A stretch of 64,000 nt of DNA, taken from positions 224,001 to 288,000 of the forward strand of contig CAWDSQ010000030.1 in the NCBI GenBank assembly GCA_963804955.1. The letters are read 5' to 3'. Position 1 is the stretch's first letter, and each line of letters opens with the position of its first letter. This document shows, piece after piece, positions 1 through 13,574 of the stretch. The notes under the pieces are model-generated. The model did no database searches, was not told the DNA's origin, and worked only from the letters and a program-made list of their open reading frames with translations. Made by a program: the position numbers and the translations under genes. The stretch comes from an uncultured delta proteobacterium (GTDB lineage Bacteria; Desulfobacterota; WTBG01; CAIYCZ01; CAIRTM01).

Positions 1-2177
1 GAGTTTGTCATGGCGGCAGCTGAAGAGGTGCAGTACATGGACGTATCGCCCAAGCAGCTCGTCAGCGTGGCAGCATCGCTCATTCCATTTCTTGAAAATG
101 ATGACGCCAACCGGGCGCTTATGGGCTCCAATATGCAGCGTCAGGCTGTTCCTCTTTTGTGCACCGAGGCGCCCCTTGTCGGAACGGGCATGGAGGGCTG
201 CACCGCCCGGGATTCTGGCGTGGCAGTGGTTGCCCGCAGAAGCGGCACGGTACGAAGCGTTGATGCCGATCGCATTGTTATCAAGCATGATGACGATGAT
301 GCCCGCATCGGCTCTGATGTCGATATTTATAAGCTTACCAAGTACCGCCGGTCCAACCAGAACACCTGCCTTAACCAGCATCCGATTGTGGACGTCGGCG
401 ATTACGTTGAAGCCGGAGATATCGTGGCGGATGGCCCGTCGACAGAAATGGGTGAGCTGGCCCTTGGCCGCAATGTGCTTGTAGCGTTTATGCCATGGGG
501 CGGGTACAATTTTGAAGATTCGATACTGGTGAGTGAAAAGCTTATTCGTGAAGACAGCTTTACCTCGATACATATTGAAGAATTTGAGGTTCTTGCCCGC
601 GATACCAAGCTTGGCAAGGAAGAAATTACCCGGGATATCCCCAATGTCGGCGAAGATATGCTCAGCAATCTTGATGAAAGCGGCATAATCAGAATCGGGG
701 CAGAGGTGAAGACCGGCGATATTCTTGTCGGGAAGATAACGCCAAAGGGCGAGACGCAGCTCTCGCCCGAAGAAAAGCTGCTGCGCGCTATTTTCGGCGA
801 AAAGGCGCGTGATGTTCAGGATACATCGCTGCGCGTACCAACGGGCGTTGTCGGGACGGTTATCAGCGTTAATATTTTTTCACGCAAAGGGGCTGACAAG
901 GACGAGCGGACCCGATCCATCGAGGATGAGGAGCGCGCCCGTATTTTGAAGGATCAGGAGGATGAGATCCGTATCTTGCGTGAGAGCATCAATAAGCGAT
1001 TGAAGAAACTGCTGATTGGCAGAGCCTGCGCCAAAAAGTACTTACTGATGAGAAAAAGGGCAAGGTGATTTTCAACAAGAATCAGGTGTTTACGGAAGCC
1101 GATGTTGATTCAATGCCGATCAATAAGTGGCTGCATATCCCTATCGCCAACGGCGATGATGTTTCAGACAAGATACAGAAGCTCAAGGAAGGGCTTGATG
1201 AGCAGATTAATCTCATTAAAATGATCTTTGATGAAAAGATAGAGAAAATCAAGCGGGGCGACGAGCTGCCTCCGGGCGTCATTAAGATGGTGAAGGTCAA
1301 TCTTGCCGTGAAGCGCAAGCTTGCTGTGGGAGACAAGATGGCCGGGCGCCACGGCAACAAGGGCGTTCTCTCGCGCATACTGCCCATTGAAGACATGCCG
1401 TACATGGCAGACGGCAGGGCTGTTGACATCGTGCTCAATCCGCTGGGCGTTCCTTCGCGCATGAATGTGGGCCAGATACTTGAAACGCATCTGGGATGGG
1501 CAGCACGGGGGATTGGCGAAAAGATCGAGGCTATGGCGCAGTCGGGAATAAGCCCTGCAAAGATTAAGGAAAAGCTCAGGGAAGTCTATGGGAGCCGCGA
1601 CATTTCAAAACTGATCGACAAGCTGACGGATGAACAGGTTGTGTCGCTTGCCAGAAAGCTCGGTCGCGGCATCCACACGGCAAGCCCTGTTTTTGACGGG
1701 GCCAAAGAGGACCAGATCAATAAATCCCTTGAAGACGGGGGGCTGCCTCTCAGCGGCCAGACCGTGCTTTTCGACGGCCGTACCGGTATTCCGTTTGATA
1801 AGGATGTCACCGTCGGCATTATCTATATGCTGAAACTGCACCATCTTGTTGATGATAAAATTCATGCGCGATCTATCGGCACCTATTCGCTCGTGACCCA
1901 GCAACCCCTGGGCGGCAAGGCGCAGTTTGGCGGCCAGAGACTTGGTGAAATGGAAGTGTGGGCTCTGGAAGCATACGGTGCGGCCCATACGTTGCAGGAA
2001 CTGCTCACCCTCAAGTCCGATGATGTGTTTGGCAGAACCAAACTGTATGAAAATATTGTCAAGGGAGATCGCGATATAATGCCGTCTATCCCGGAATCTT
2101 TTAATGTTCTCGTCAAGGAACTGCAGAGCCTTTGCCTTGATGTGCAGTTTATTGAAGCAGAGAAAAAAGAAATTTAA
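1..2177 (+). CDS. rpoB: RNA polymerase beta subunit, C-terminal part (5' end outside window; frameshift at ~1032-1037)
   Basis: [30 protein letters not shown] and [18 protein letters not shown] motifs, split over ORFs 10..1068 and 1065..2177 at an A-run. Confidence 0.97.
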
Positions 2178-2200
2178 TAATCCATTTAAAAGGTGAATTT

Positions 2201-5200
2201 ATGAATGGATTTTTTTCACTCCATCAGACACAGTCACGCGCAGTAGACAGTTTTGACGCTTTAAAGATTTCTATCGCATCAGCTGAAACCATTCGAAGCT
2301 GGTCCAACGGTGAAGTCAAGAAGCCGGAAACCATCAATTACAGAACATTTAAGCCCGAGCGTGACGGCCTGTTCTGCGCAAAGATTTTCGGGCCGGTAAA
2401 GGATTATGAGTGCAACTGCGGCAAGTATAAGCGGCTGAAGCACCGCGGGATTGTCTGCGAGAAATGCGGCGTTGAGGTTATCGCCTCCTTTGTCCGGCGT
2501 GAGCGGCTTGGCCATATTGAGCTTGCCTGCCCCGTAGCGCATATCTGGTTTTTGCGCAGTCTTCCAAGCCGCATTGGCACACTGCTCGACATGACGCTGC
2601 GCTCCCTTGAGAAAGTACTGTATTTCGAGTCATTTGTGGTTATTGACCCGAAAAAATCATCCTATAAGATGGGAGATCTTCTGGACGATGATGCTTTGCG
2701 CAAAGCAAAGTATGAACTTCATGAGGATTTCGAGGCCGGGATGGGCGCTGAAGCCATCAGGGCGCTGCTTCGCAGGCTTGATCTTGAAGCGCTTTCAGCC
2801 CAGATGCGCGAAGAGATTTTGCTCACCTCATCAGAGGCAAAGAAGAAAAAGCTCGCTAAGCGCCTTCGCATTGTTGAGGCATTTCGCCTGTCCGGCAATA
2901 AACCGGAGTGGATGATCCTTGAGGTTGTTCCTGTAATCCCGCCTGATCTGCGGCCGCTTGTGCCCCTTGACGGCGGTCGTTTTGCAACCTCTGATCTCAA
3001 TGACCTGTATCGCAGAGTTATCAACAGAAATAACCGGCTCAAAAAGCTTCTTGAGCTTGACGCTCCCGAGATTATCATTCGAAACGAAAAACGCATGCTG
3101 CAGGAGGCTGTGGATGTTCTGTTTGATAACGGCCGCCGCGGCAAGGTCCTTACCGGGCGCAATAAGCGGCCGCTCAAGTCCCTCAGCGACATGCTCAAAG
3201 GCAAGCAGGGCCGTTTTCGTCAGAATCTGCTCGGTAAGCGTGTTGATTATTCGGGACGAACCGTTATTGTCATAGGCCCGGAACTCCGGCTTCATCAGTG
3301 CGGGTTGCCCAAGCGCATGGCCATTGAGCTTTTTAAGCCTTTTGTCTACAACCTGCTGATCATGAAAGGCCATGCCACGACCATCAAAAGCGCAAAGAAA
3401 CTGGTCGAGCGTGAAAGCTCCGAGGTGTGGGATTGCCTTGAAGAGGTCGTGAAGGAATTCCCCGTGATGCTTAACCGTGCACCGACACTGCACCGTCTGG
3501 GAATTCAGGCCTTTGAACCCGTGCTTATCGAAGGAAAAGCCATTCAGCTGCATCCTCTTGTCTGCACAGCATTTAATGCCGATTTTGACGGCGACCAGAT
3601 GGCTGTGCACGTTCCTATTACCATGGAAGCGCAGATTGAGGCGCGGGTTCTTTTGATGTCAACCAACAATATACTCTCGCCTGCCAATGGCAAGCCCATT
3701 ATCATTCCGACGCAGGATATTGTCCTGGGCGTCTATTACATGACCCGCGAGAAAGATATGGCTAAAGGCGAGGACAAGGCCTTTGCAAATCCCGGTGAGG
3801 TCCGCATGGCCTATGATGCAGGCGAAGTGGACCTGCAGGCCCGCATTCGCGTGCGTCTTGATGGCGCGCTTGTAGAAACGACGGTCGGGCGCGTCATCCT
3901 GCGCGAGATTATTCCTCCGGAGATCCCTTTTGCGGTTATCAACCGCGTCATGAATAAAAAGGAGCTCGCCAACCTTGTCGACTACTGCTACCGGTACTGT
4001 GGCGATAAAAAAACAGTTATTCTTTCGGACCAGCTCAAGAATCTCGGCTACAGGTATGCAACACAGTCGGGCATCTCAATTTCCATCAAAGACATGCGGA
4101 TTCCGAAACGCAAGACTGAAATAATTGAAGAAACTCAAAAAGAGGTTCAGGTCATAGATGATCAGCATAAAGAGGGCCTGATAACCACTGGAGAGCGCTA
4201 CAACAAGGTTATTGACATCTGGGCCCGTGTCACCGAGCAGGTGTCCGATGAGATGCTCAACGAGCTTGGCAAGGATGAAGTTAAGGATAAAGAAGGCAAG
4301 CTGAAGCAGTCACAAAGCTTTAATTCCATATATATGATGGCTGATTCGGGTTCCCGCGGCAGTGCTCAGCAGATTCGCCAGCTTGCCGGTATGCGCGGCC
4401 TTATGGCGAAACCGTCGGGAGAAATTATCGAAACGCCCATTACCGCCAATTTCCGTGAAGGCCTCACCGTGCTGCAGTATTTTATTTCGACGCATGGCGC
4501 GCGCAAGGGACTTGCCGATACGGCGCTGAAAACGGCAAACTCGGGCTATTTGACCCGCAGGCTTGTGGATGTCGCGCAGGATTGCGTCATCAATGAATAT
4601 GACTGCGGAACCATTGATGGTATCCCCATGTCATCGCTGGTTGAAGGGGGTGAAATCATAGAGGCTCTCGGAGACCGTTTGCTGGGCCGCGTGAGCCTTG
4701 ATGATGTTATCGATCCTATCACCGGTGAAGTCATTGTCCATAAAAGCGAAGAAGTTGACGAAACTGCTGTCGAAAAGCTGAAAGAGGCGGGCATCGAACA
4801 TGTTCGTATTCGCTCGGTGCTTACGTGTCAGTCAAAGCGCGGCGTGTGCGCTAAATGCTACGGCAGAGATCTTTCCCGCGGCCGCATGGTCAATATCGGC
4901 GAAGCTATCGGTATTATTGCCGCTCAGTCGATCGGCGAACCGGGTACACAGCTGACGATGCGTACCTTCCATATCGGCGGAACAGCCAGCCGGCGTGTCG
5001 CGCAGACAACACTTGAGGCGCAACATGCGGGAACGGTCAAGTACATAAATTTACGCTGTATAACCAATCGCGAAGGCCATATTGTCGTCATGAACCGCAA
5101 TGGGCAAATTGCAATTGTTGACAGCCAGGGCCATGAACGCGAAAAGAACCCGGTAAATTATGGCGCAAAGCTGAGAGTCAAGGAGGGTGATAAGGTTAAA

Positions 5201-6325
5201 AAGGATGAAATTCTGGCTGAATGGGATCCTTTCTCAACGCCAATCCTGGCTGAGGTCAGCGGCATCGTGAAATTTGGTGACCTGATAGAGGGCAACACCT
5301 TTCGTGAACAGGTTGATGAGGTTTCGGGGCTGTCGTCACGGGTTGTTATGGAGTCCAAGGATCCCGACAACCGCCCCCGTATTTCGATTAAGGATGAAAA
5401 AGGCAAAACCATAAAATTGCCCGCTGAAAAAGATCGTGAGGCCAGGTATTTTATGCCGGTCGGGGCTAACATAGTAGCAAATGAAGGCGCCAGGGTTGAG
5501 CCCGGAGACAGTATAGCAAAAATTACGCGTGAAACATCAAAAACCAAGGATATCACGGGCGGATTGCCGCGTGTTGCAGAGCTTTTTGAGGCCCGCAAGC
5601 CTAAGGAAGTGACCGTCATCAGCGACATCGACGGCAATGTTTCCTTCGGCAAGGATGTGAAAGGCAAGCGCAAGGTCATCATTACCCCTCTGGTCACCGA
5701 TGTCGGCGGCCACAAGCTTGAGCCAAAAGAGTATTTGATACCCAAGGGCAAGCATATTAACGTTCATGAGGGCGACAGGGTGCGCGCAGGCGAGCAGATC
5801 ATGAATGGCTTGAGAGATCCCCATGACATCCTCAGGATATTGGGTGAAAAGGAGCTGGCGAAATTTCTGGTCGATGAGGTCCAGGAGGTTTACCGGCTCC
5901 AGGGCGTCAAGATTAATGACAAGCATATTGAAGTCATTGTTCGCCAGATGCTGCAGCGCGTGAAAATAATGGATGTTGGCGATACTAATTTTCTTCTCGG
6001 CGAGCAGGTCGAGAAGATGCGTTTCGAGAATGAAAATGACAAAGTGCGTGAGCGCGGAGGCCAGGTGGCAGTCGCGGAACCCCTTCTTCTTGGTATAACA
6101 AAGGCATCCCTCAGCACGGAAGGTTTTATTTCCGCCGCCTCTTTCCAGGAGACGACCCGCGTGCTGACGCAGGCCGCTATTGAAGGGAAGGTTGACCAGC
6201 TGCGCGGGCTTAAGGAAAACGCAGCCATGGGGAGGTTAATTCCTGCCGGGACCGGGTATCTTGAGTATCGGCAGGCCGACATTGTTGTCGGAGATCAGGT
6301 GCCGTCTGAAGCCGCATCGAAATGA
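2201..6325 (+). CDS. rpoC: RNA polymerase beta' subunit
   Basis: 1374 aa, catalytic NADFDGD motif, N-terminal Zn-ribbon cysteines. Confidence 0.99.
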   Translation: MNGFFSLHQTQSRAVDSFDALKISIASAETIRSWSNGEVKKPETINYRTFKPERDGLFCAKIFGPVKDYECNCGKYKRLKHRGIVCEKCGVEVIASFVRRERLGHIELACPVAHIWFLRSLPSRIGTLLDMTLRSLEKVLYFESFVVIDPKKSSYKMGDLLDDDALRKAKYELHEDFEAGMGAEAIRALLRRLDLEALSAQMREEILLTSSEAKKKKLAKRLRIVEAFRLSGNKPEWMILEVVPVIPPDLRPLVPLDGGRFATSDLNDLYRRVINRNNRLKKLLELDAPEIIIRNEKRMLQEAVDVLFDNGRRGKVLTGRNKRPLKSLSDMLKGKQGRFRQNLLGKRVDYSGRTVIVIGPELRLHQCGLPKRMAIELFKPFVYNLLIMKGHATTIKSAKKLVERESSEVWDCLEEVVKEFPVMLNRAPTLHRLGIQAFEPVLIEGKAIQLHPLVCTAFNADFDGDQMAVHVPITMEAQIEARVLLMSTNNILSPANGKPIIIPTQDIVLGVYYMTREKDMAKGEDKAFANPGEVRMAYDAGEVDLQARIRVRLDGALVETTVGRVILREIIPPEIPFAVINRVMNKKELANLVDYCYRYCGDKKTVILSDQLKNLGYRYATQSGISISIKDMRIPKRKTEIIEETQKEVQVIDDQHKEGLITTGERYNKVIDIWARVTEQVSDEMLNELGKDEVKDKEGKLKQSQSFNSIYMMADSGSRGSAQQIRQLAGMRGLMAKPSGEIIETPITANFREGLTVLQYFISTHGARKGLADTALKTANSGYLTRRLVDVAQDCVINEYDCGTIDGIPMSSLVEGGEIIEALGDRLLGRVSLDDVIDPITGEVIVHKSEEVDETAVEKLKEAGIEHVRIRSVLTCQSKRGVCAKCYGRDLSRGRMVNIGEAIGIIAAQSIGEPGTQLTMRTFHIGGTASRRVAQTTLEAQHAGTVKYINLRCITNREGHIVVMNRNGQIAIVDSQGHEREKNPVNYGAKLRVKEGDKVKKDEILAEWDPFSTPILAEVSGIVKFGDLIEGNTFREQVDEVSGLSSRVVMESKDPDNRPRISIKDEKGKTIKLPAEKDREARYFMPVGANIVANEGARVEPGDSIAKITRETSKTKDITGGLPRVAELFEARKPKEVTVISDIDGNVSFGKDVKGKRKVIITPLVTDVGGHKLEPKEYLIPKGKHINVHEGDRVRAGEQIMNGLRDPHDILRILGEKELAKFLVDEVQEVYRLQGVKINDKHIEVIVRQMLQRVKIMDVGDTNFLLGEQVEKMRFENENDKVRERGGQVAVAEPLLLGITKASLSTEGFISAASFQETTRVLTQAAIEGKVDQLRGLKENAAMGRLIPAGTGYLEYRQADIVVGDQVPSEAASK

Positions 6326-6436
6326 TTTCCGCGAATTGCACAAAAATAAATGGTTTTATCGTTTTTGTAATTGACAGAATTTTGTACGTATGATAATTAA
6401 GTTTCTTTAATTTGCTAATGTTGTTTAGAGGAACAT

Positions 6437-6811
6437 ATGCCGACAATTAATCAGCTTTGCACTCAGGGTCGACAGCCGACAAAGTACAAAACCAAATCGC
6501 CTGCTCTCAAAGAGTGCCCCCAAAAGCGTGGTGTATGCACGCGCGTTTATACCACGACCCCGAAAAAGCCCAACTCGGCGCTTCGCAAGGTGGCCCGTGT
6601 CCGTTTAACCAGCGGCGTTGAAGTTACCGCTTATATCCCCGGTGAGGGGCATAATCTCCAGGAGCACTCCGTGGTGCTTGTGCGTGGCGGGCGAGTCAAA
6701 GATCTTCCCGGTGTGCGCTATCATATAGTGCGCGGCACACTGGATGCGTCCGGTGTTGACAAGCGGCGGCAGAGTCGTTCCAAATATGGCGCAAAAAGAC
6801 CAAAGAAGTAA
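6437..6811 (+). CDS. rpsL: 30S ribosomal protein S12
   Basis: [25 protein letters not shown]. Confidence 0.99.
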   Translation: MPTINQLCTQGRQPTKYKTKSPALKECPQKRGVCTRVYTTTPKKPNSALRKVARVRLTSGVEVTAYIPGEGHNLQEHSVVLVRGGRVKDLPGVRYHIVRGTLDASGVDKRRQSRSKYGAKRPKK

Positions 6812-6838
6812 TACAGTCTTAGTAATGGAGTTGACAGT

Positions 6839-7309
6839 ATGGCCAGACGTCGTGAAGCAGTAAAGCGAGAGAATCTTCCAGATCCCCGGTACAATGATGT
6901 AACGGTTGCACGTTTTATCAACAGGATTATGCAGTGCGGCAAGAAAAGCGTTGCAGAAGCTATCGTGTATGGCAGCTTTGATGTGATCAAGGAAAAGATA
7001 GGCAAAGATCCTCTTGAAACCTTCAAGGCGGCTCTGAATAATGTACGGCCTGCCGTTGAAACAAAATCGCGCAGAATCGGCGGCGCGAACTATCAGGTGC
7101 CCATTGAGGTCAGGCCTGAACGGCAGATGGCCCTTGCCATGCGCTGGATTATAGGATACTCCCGCGGGCGATCTGAAAAGACCATGGGGGAGAAGCTGGC
7201 CGGCGAGTTGATGGACGCGATTAATAATCGGGGCAATTCGGTCAAGAAAAAGGAAGATACCCATAAAATGGCCGCCGCCAATAAGGCATTTGCGCATTAC
7301 CGGTGGTAG
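6839..7309 (+). CDS. rpsG: 30S ribosomal protein S7
   Basis: [12 protein letters not shown]-terminal [10 protein letters not shown]. Confidence 0.99.
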   Translation: MARRREAVKRENLPDPRYNDVTVARFINRIMQCGKKSVAEAIVYGSFDVIKEKIGKDPLETFKAALNNVRPAVETKSRRIGGANYQVPIEVRPERQMALAMRWIIGYSRGRSEKTMGEKLAGELMDAINNRGNSVKKKEDTHKMAAANKAFAHYRW

Positions 7310-7333
7310 TCGGGGAATTTTAGGAGGATAGCG

Positions 7334-8530
7334 ATGGCAAAGAAGAAATTCGAGAGAACCAAGCCGCATGTGAATATAGGGACGATCGGGCACGTTGATC
7401 ACGGCAAGACGACGCTGACCTCGGCAATCACGAGATATCTGGCTATGAAGGGCCAGGCGGCGAAGATGGATTTTGATCAGATCGACAAGGCGCCGGAGGA
7501 GAAAGAGCGCGGGGTTACGATATCGATAGCGCACATTGAGTATGAGACAACAAAGAGGCACTATGCGCATATCGACTGTCCGGGCCATGCTGATTATATA
7601 AAGAACATGATAACGGGCGCAGCGCAGATGGACGGCGCGGTGCTGGTCGTGAGCGCGGCTGACGGGCCGATGCCCCAGACGCGGGAGCACATACTGCTTG
7701 CCCGTCAGGTGCGCGTGCCGAGCATGGTGGTATTTCTGAACAAAGTTGACATGGTGGATGATCCCGAGCTGCTGGAGCTGGTTGATCTTGAGATACGGGA
7801 GCTGTTGAGCAAGTATGAGTTTCCGGGCGATGATACGCCGATTATTAAGGGAAGCGCGTTGAAGGCAATGCAGGCCCCTGAGGATGTAAAGCTTGATGAG
7901 TACAAGTGCATCCAGGAGCTGCTTGATGCCTGCGACAGTTTTATACCTGATCCGGTGCGGGACATTGACAAGCCGTTTCTGATGCCGGTGGAGGACGTGT
8001 TCACGATATCGGGCCGTGGAACGGTTGTGACGGGCAGGATTGAGCGCGGCCTGGTGAAGGTGAACGAGGAAGTTGAGATCGTGGGTTTTCGGGATACGCA
8101 GAAGACGGTGTGTACGGGCGTGGAGATGTTCCGCAAGATTCTTGATCAGGGGCAGGCAGGAGATAATGTCGGGCTGCTGCTGCGGGGCACCAAGCGTGAT
8201 GATGTAGAGCGGGGGCAGGTCGTGGCAAAGCCGGGATCGATAACGCCGCATACGAAGTTCAAGGCGCAGGTGTATATTCTGGGCAAGGAAGAGGGCGGGA
8301 GGCATACGCCTTTTTTCAATAATTACCGGCCGCAGTTTTACTTTCGGACGACGGATGTGACCGGGATGGTGCATCTGCCCGAAGGCGTCGAGATGGTGAT
8401 GCCGGGAGACAATGTGGCAATGGAAGTGGAGCTTATCACGCCGATAGCGATGGAGAAGGAACTGCGCTTTGCGATACGCGAAGGCGGCAGAACGGTTGGC
8501 GCCGGCGTTATCAGTGATATAATTGCATAA
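7334..8530 (+). CDS. tuf: Elongation factor Tu
   Basis: [20 protein letters not shown] motifs. Confidence 0.99.
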   Translation: MAKKKFERTKPHVNIGTIGHVDHGKTTLTSAITRYLAMKGQAAKMDFDQIDKAPEEKERGVTISIAHIEYETTKRHYAHIDCPGHADYIKNMITGAAQMDGAVLVVSAADGPMPQTREHILLARQVRVPSMVVFLNKVDMVDDPELLELVDLEIRELLSKYEFPGDDTPIIKGSALKAMQAPEDVKLDEYKCIQELLDACDSFIPDPVRDIDKPFLMPVEDVFTISGRGTVVTGRIERGLVKVNEEVEIVGFRDTQKTVCTGVEMFRKILDQGQAGDNVGLLLRGTKRDDVERGQVVAKPGSITPHTKFKAQVYILGKEEGGRHTPFFNNYRPQFYFRTTDVTGMVHLPEGVEMVMPGDNVAMEVELITPIAMEKELRFAIREGGRTVGAGVISDIIA

Positions 8531-8547
8531 GTAGGAAACTGACGTTT

Positions 8548-8877
8548 ATGAAAAAAGTTGATGCTCTTGGAGAAAACCAGAAGATACGAATACGCCTGAA
8601 AGCGTATGATCATAGACTTTTGGATCAATCTGTGGTTGAGATCGTTGATACGGCGAAGAGAACCGGTGCACGGGTAGTAGGGCCGATTCCGCTGCCGACA
8701 GTCATAAACAAATACTGCGTTCTCCGCTCTCCGCACGTTGATAAGAAATCCCGGGAGCAGTTTGAGATGAGAACTCACAAGCGGCTGCTGGATATTCATG
8801 AGCCAACCGAACAGACAGTTGATGCCCTCATGAAGCTTGATCTTTCCGCAGGCGTTGACGTTGAAATTAAGCTCTAA
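8548..8877 (+). CDS. rpsJ: 30S ribosomal protein S10
   Basis: [24 protein letters not shown]. Confidence 0.98.
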   Translation: MKKVDALGENQKIRIRLKAYDHRLLDQSVVEIVDTAKRTGARVVGPIPLPTVINKYCVLRSPHVDKKSREQFEMRTHKRLLDIHEPTEQTVDALMKLDLSAGVDVEIKL

Positions 8878-8889
8878 TAACTGAGTTGT

Positions 8890-9531
8890 TTGGAGATTTA
8901 TACAGTGGCACTAGGATTAATCGGTAAAAAACTCGGCATGACACAGGTCTTCTCATCTGAGGGAGAGGTTGTATCCGTGACGGTCATTGAGGCGGGCCCT
9001 TGTGTGGTCATGCAGAAAAAAACCCTCGAAAATGACGGGTACTGTGCTCTTCAGCTCGGCTATGGACAGAAGAAGCTTGAAAAGTTTAATAAGCCGATGC
9101 AGGGGCATTTGAAAAAGGCGGGAGACCAGGGGCTTCGGTATCTCAGGGAATTCCGATTGACAAAAGTAGATGCTTTTACAGTTGGCGACAAGGTGGATCT
9201 TGATATTTTTGAGAGCGGGGAAAAAGTTGAGATTGTTGGTACAACCAAAGGTAAGGGGTTTGCCGGTAATATAAAGCGCTGGGGATTTAACCGGGGGCCT
9301 ATGTCTCACGGATCAAAATTTCACCGGGTTGTTGGTTCGATAGGATCAAGCGCATATCCTTCCCGTGTTTTTAAGGGGAAAAAAATGCCGGGACATCTTG
9401 GCTGTGCCAGTCTTACCCAAAAAAACATCAGGATTGTCGATAAAAAGTCGGATCAGAACATCATTCTTGTGAAGGGCGCTGTTCCCGGGCCCAAAAATGG
9501 AATTATACTTATTTATAAAATGACAGACTAA
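8890..9531 (+). CDS. rplC: 50S ribosomal protein L3 (start may be GTG 8905)
   Basis: GKKLGMTQ, KGKGFAG, GKKMPGH. Confidence 0.98.
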   Translation: MEIYTVALGLIGKKLGMTQVFSSEGEVVSVTVIEAGPCVVMQKKTLENDGYCALQLGYGQKKLEKFNKPMQGHLKKAGDQGLRYLREFRLTKVDAFTVGDKVDLDIFESGEKVEIVGTTKGKGFAGNIKRWGFNRGPMSHGSKFHRVVGSIGSSAYPSRVFKGKKMPGHLGCASLTQKNIRIVDKKSDQNIILVKGAVPGPKNGIILIYKMTD

Positions 9532-9553
9532 TTAATGTTCCGGGTATGCTGCT

Positions 9554-10174
9554 ATGACAATGCTTGACGTGTACAATATCAATAAAGAAAAAGTTACTCA
9601 AGTAGAGGTTGACGAGAGAATCTTTGACAGTGAGGTCAAAGAGCATCTTTTTTATGAAATAATAAGGGCTCAGCTGGCTAATCGCCGTTCCGGGACAGCA
9701 TGTACAAAAACCCGTGGTGAGGTAAGCGGCGGCGGCAGAAAACCCTGGAAGCAGAAAGGCACAGGCCGGGCCCGTGCCGGAAGTTCCCGCTCACCAGTAT
9801 GGCGGGGTGGCGGCATATCATTTGGTCCAAAGCCGCGTGACTACAGCTATACGGTGCCGAAAAAAGTCAAAAGAATTGCTCTCTGTTCAGCACTGACAAA
9901 AAAACGCAGAGAAGAAAAGCTGATGATTCTCGATAAGTTTGACCTTTCGGCGATTAAGACCAAGTCGTTTACAAATATTCTGGACAGGCTTGGTAACCAG
10001 CGGGTGCTTATTATTGATGATGATAACCGGAACCTCAGTCTCAGTGCCCGTAATGTACCTCATGTAAAAGTATTGTCGCCGCAGGGCCTCAATTTGTATG
10101 ATATTCTCTACCATGATGGCCTGTATATTACCCTGCCTTGCCTTGAAAAGATTCAGAGGAGACTGGTCGCATGA
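9554..10174 (+). CDS. rplD: 50S ribosomal protein L4
   Basis: [14 protein letters not shown]. Confidence 0.98.
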   Translation: MTMLDVYNINKEKVTQVEVDERIFDSEVKEHLFYEIIRAQLANRRSGTACTKTRGEVSGGGRKPWKQKGTGRARAGSSRSPVWRGGGISFGPKPRDYSYTVPKKVKRIALCSALTKKRREEKLMILDKFDLSAIKTKSFTNILDRLGNQRVLIIDDDNRNLSLSARNVPHVKVLSPQGLNLYDILYHDGLYITLPCLEKIQRRLVA

Positions 10175-10461
10175 AAGAAGTATACGGATGCATTCGAAGG
10201 CCAATCGTAACGGAAAAGAGCAACCTCATCAAAGATATCGCCAATAAAGTCGTGTTTGAAGTTGATACGGTTGCAAATAAGGTTGAGATTAAGAATGCCG
10301 TACAGCAGCTTTTCAAAGTTACGGTTGAGGAAGTCCATGTTATGAACTTTCTTGGTAAGCGTAAACGGGCTGGGCGGATCATCGGTAAAAAACAGGATTG
10401 GAAAAAGGCAATCGTAACTCTGAAAAAAGGCGATAAAATAGAGTTCTTTGAAGGCGTGTAA
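10171..10461 (+). CDS. rplW: 50S ribosomal protein L23
   Basis: [15 protein letters not shown]; operon position. Confidence 0.97.
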   Translation: MKEVYGCIRRPIVTEKSNLIKDIANKVVFEVDTVANKVEIKNAVQQLFKVTVEEVHVMNFLGKRKRAGRIIGKKQDWKKAIVTLKKGDKIEFFEGV

Positions 10462-10503
10462 GAATTCTGTAGTCTTATAGGCAATTAATAAACGGAGTTT
10501 AGA

Positions 10504-11328
10504 ATGGCAGTTAAGGCATTTAAACCAACGTCTGCAGGTAGGCGCTTTCAGACAGTAGCAGACTTTGAAGAGATAACAAAAAGCACACCAGAGAAAAGCC
10601 TGCTTTCTCCTCTGCGAAAATCCGGCGGCCGGAATAATAATGGACGCATAACTGCACGATATATCGGTGGCGGCCATAAGCAGCGCTATAGAATAATTGA
10701 TTTTCGCCGTGACAAGCATGACATATCTGCACGGGTCGCAAGTATCGAATATGATCCCAACAGAACATCCCGAATTGCGCTGCTGCAGTATAAGGATGGC
10801 GAAAAACGCTACATCGTTGCCCCGGCTGAACTCAGGCTTGGCGATGAGATAATGGCGGGTGAAAACGCTGAAATACGGCCCGGAAATGCTTTGCCGATAA
10901 AAAAAATACCCGTCGGCACCATGATCCACAATATCGAGCTTCGCATGGGTAAGGGCGGGCAGCTGGTTCGAAGCGCCGGCACCAGCGCACAGCTTTCTGC
11001 AAAAGAAAAAAATTATGCTCATATAAAAATGCCATCCGGCGAGCTTCGCCTGGTTCATGTTGACTGCTATGCTACAATCGGGCAGGTCGGCAATGCGGAT
11101 CATGCCAATATTTCCATCGGTAAAGCGGGCAGGAAGAGATGGCTTGGAAAAAAACCAAGGGTTCGCGGTGTGGCTATGAATCCGGTTGACCATCCCATGG
11201 GCGGAGGCGAAGGCCGCTCATCCGGAGGTCGCCACCCCTGTACACCATGGGGTAAGCCGACCAAGGGATACAGAACAAGAAAAAATAAACGGACGAGCAG
11301 CTTCATTGTCAGAAGAAGAAACAAGTAG
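10504..11328 (+). CDS. rplB: 50S ribosomal protein L2
   Basis: [17 protein letters not shown]. Confidence 0.99.
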   Translation: MAVKAFKPTSAGRRFQTVADFEEITKSTPEKSLLSPLRKSGGRNNNGRITARYIGGGHKQRYRIIDFRRDKHDISARVASIEYDPNRTSRIALLQYKDGEKRYIVAPAELRLGDEIMAGENAEIRPGNALPIKKIPVGTMIHNIELRMGKGGQLVRSAGTSAQLSAKEKNYAHIKMPSGELRLVHVDCYATIGQVGNADHANISIGKAGRKRWLGKKPRVRGVAMNPVDHPMGGGEGRSSGGRHPCTPWGKPTKGYRTRKNKRTSSFIVRRRNK

Positions 11329-11344
11329 CGCGGAGTGATATGCG

Positions 11345-11605
11345 ATGGCACGGTCAATTAAAAAAGGCCCCTTTATTGATGAAAGTCTGATGAGAAAGAT
11401 CAGAAAGGCCCAGGACGCCAATAACCGGCAGGTAATAAAGACGTGGTCCCGCAGGTCGATGATCATTCCCGATATGATAGGTTTTACATTTGCTGTTCAC
11501 AATGGAAAAAAATTCTTCCCTGTATATGTCACGGAGAACATGGTCGGTCATAAACTTGGTGAGTTTTCACCGACGCGAACCTATCATGGTCATGCCAAAA
11601 AGTAA
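11345..11605 (+). CDS. rpsS: 30S ribosomal protein S19
   Basis: [19 protein letters not shown]. Confidence 0.98.
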   Translation: MARSIKKGPFIDESLMRKIRKAQDANNRQVIKTWSRRSMIIPDMIGFTFAVHNGKKFFPVYVTENMVGHKLGEFSPTRTYHGHAKK

Positions 11606-11639
11606 CAACAGCTAACCTTTAGAGGCAGAGAAACAGTGT

Positions 11640-11972
11640 ATGGAAGTCAGGGCAGTTGATAAATATATTCGGATATCTCCGCGAAAAGCTCGGCTGGTGG
11701 CAGATATGGTCAAGGGAAAGCCTGTGAGTGACGCTCTGAGTATTCTCGAATTTACGCCGAAAGCAATAAGCATTTATATGTACAAACTCATCAACTCGGC
11801 CGTTGCCAATGCATCCCACAAGGAAGGTGTTGATGTTGATATTCTGTATGTCAAGAACGTGTTTATCGATCAGGGCCCGACACTCAAGCGTTTCCGCCCT
11901 GGACCCCAGGGCAGAGGGTTTAGAATTTTAAAACGCACTTGTCATTTAACCGTGATTCTTGCAGAAGCTTAA
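11640..11972 (+). CDS. rplV: 50S ribosomal protein L22
   Basis: RISPRKARLVAD; operon position. Confidence 0.97.
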   Translation: MEVRAVDKYIRISPRKARLVADMVKGKPVSDALSILEFTPKAISIYMYKLINSAVANASHKEGVDVDILYVKNVFIDQGPTLKRFRPGPQGRGFRILKRTCHLTVILAEA

Positions 11973-11991
11973 TTAATTTAAGGAGGTCGGT

Positions 11992-12645
11992 TTGGGCCAA
12001 AAAGTTCATCCTATTGGTTTTCGTCTCGGAATTATCAAAACCTGGAATTCCCGATGGTATGCAGATAAGAATTATGATCTCCTGCTGCACGAAGATATTA
12101 AGATCAAGGGTTTTGTTAAAAAACAGCTTAATCAGGCCGGCATTTCATCAGTAGAGATTGAGCGTGCGGCCAATAAACTTCGGATTAATATTGCTGCTGC
12201 ACGACCGGGCATCATTATCGGCAAAAAAGGTTCTGAGATCGAGAAGCTAAAGGCTGAAATACAAAAACTTACTGATCGTGAAGTTTTTGTAAACATAATT
12301 GAAGTACAGCGCCCGGAGGTTGATGCACAGCTTGTCGCCGAAAATATCTGCCAGCAGCTTTTGAAACGGGTTGCCTTTCGACGTGCAATGAAGCGTGGAG
12401 TCGGTTCTGCCATGAAGTTCGGCGCGAAGGGTGTCAAAATTGCCTGTTCCGGGCGTCTGGGCGGGGCTGAAATGGCGCGGCATGAATGGTATCGTGAGGG
12501 ACGTGTGCCCTTGCAGACATTGCGGGCTGATATAGATTTCGGCTTTTCAGAAGCGAGAACCACCTACGGCATTATTGGGGTTAAAGTCTGGATTTTTAAG
12601 GGTGAAATGTTGACTAAGGGGAAATCATCACATGTTGGCTCCTAA
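11992..12645 (+). CDS. rpsC: 30S ribosomal protein S3
   Basis: [22 protein letters not shown]. Confidence 0.98.
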   Translation: MGQKVHPIGFRLGIIKTWNSRWYADKNYDLLLHEDIKIKGFVKKQLNQAGISSVEIERAANKLRINIAAARPGIIIGKKGSEIEKLKAEIQKLTDREVFVNIIEVQRPEVDAQLVAENICQQLLKRVAFRRAMKRGVGSAMKFGAKGVKIACSGRLGGAEMARHEWYREGRVPLQTLRADIDFGFSEARTTYGIIGVKVWIFKGEMLTKGKSSHVGS

Positions 12646-13051
12646 GAAAATTAAGCATAGAAAAATGATGAAAGGCCGCATGACGGGAAGCGCCTGTCGC
12701 GGGAACAAGATAGATTTCGGCAGTTTTGGCCTGAAGGCTGTAGAATGCGGATGGATATCATCACGTCATATTGAGGCTGCTCGTATTGCCTTAATTCGCC
12801 ATGTGAAACGCGGCGGCAAGCTTTGGATCCGCATTTTTCCGGACAAGCCTATCACCAAAAAGCCAGCTGAAACCCGCATGGGCAAGGGTAAGGGAGCTCC
12901 TGAATACTGGGTTGCGGTCATTAAGCCGGGCAGGATTCTTTACGAGATTGAGGGCGTAACTGAAGAGGTTGCAAAAGAGGCTTTTCGTCTTGCCGCTCAT
13001 AAACTGCCCATTAAAACAACATTTGTCATGAGGGAAGTCAGTGAAAGCTAA
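12632..13051 (+). CDS. rplP: 50S ribosomal protein L16
   Basis: ETRMGKGKG. Confidence 0.98.
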   Translation: MLAPKKIKHRKMMKGRMTGSACRGNKIDFGSFGLKAVECGWISSRHIEAARIALIRHVKRGGKLWIRIFPDKPITKKPAETRMGKGKGAPEYWVAVIKPGRILYEIEGVTEEVAKEAFRLAAHKLPIKTTFVMREVSES

Positions 13052-13241
13052 AGATTTTCGTGAATTATCAGCTGAAGAGCTTGCACAGCGGGAGAAGGAC
13101 ACTCGAGACAAGCTGTTTAATTTTAAAATTCAGCGCGCCACAAATCAGCTGGCAAATACTGCAGATATACCAAAAGCGCGCAAGGATATTGCTCGTATCA
13201 ATACAATCCTGAACGAGAAGCAACGTTCTGTAACCAAATAA
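13041..13241 (+). CDS. rpmC: 50S ribosomal protein L29
   Basis: [14 protein letters not shown]; operon position. Confidence 0.95.
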   Translation: MKAKDFRELSAEELAQREKDTRDKLFNFKIQRATNQLANTADIPKARKDIARINTILNEKQRSVTK

Positions 13242-13272
13242 TGATTGAATGTTTGGAGCATAGGGAAAACCG

Positions 13273-13524
13273 ATGGAAGGCCAGAAAAAGAGAAGAACGG
13301 GAGTCGTTGTCAGCAATAAGATGGACAAGACGGTCGTGGTAGTCACAGATAGAATGACCCGGCACCCGTTATACCTTAAATATATAAAGAAAAGAGTAAA
13401 GTTTAAAGCTCACGATGAAGTAAATGCCTGCCAGATCGGTGATACTGTGCTGGTAGAGGAAACCCGGCCGCTGAGTAAAGACAAGCGCTGGAGAGTTGTT
13501 GAAGTTGTTCAGAAGGCTATTTGA
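13273..13524 (+). CDS. rpsQ: 30S ribosomal protein S17
   Basis: [22 protein letters not shown]. Confidence 0.98.
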   Translation: MEGQKKRRTGVVVSNKMDKTVVVVTDRMTRHPLYLKYIKKRVKFKAHDEVNACQIGDTVLVEETRPLSKDKRWRVVEVVQKAI

Positions 13525-13574
13525 AAGAAGTCTATTCAGGCAAAATAATTCCTCGATAATAAAGGAATACGGCA

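Noticed and set aside
6605..8374. 589-aa antisense ORF over rpsL-tuf and similar shadow ORFs
   Set aside because: They are antisense to well-conserved genes and have no protein-like motifs.
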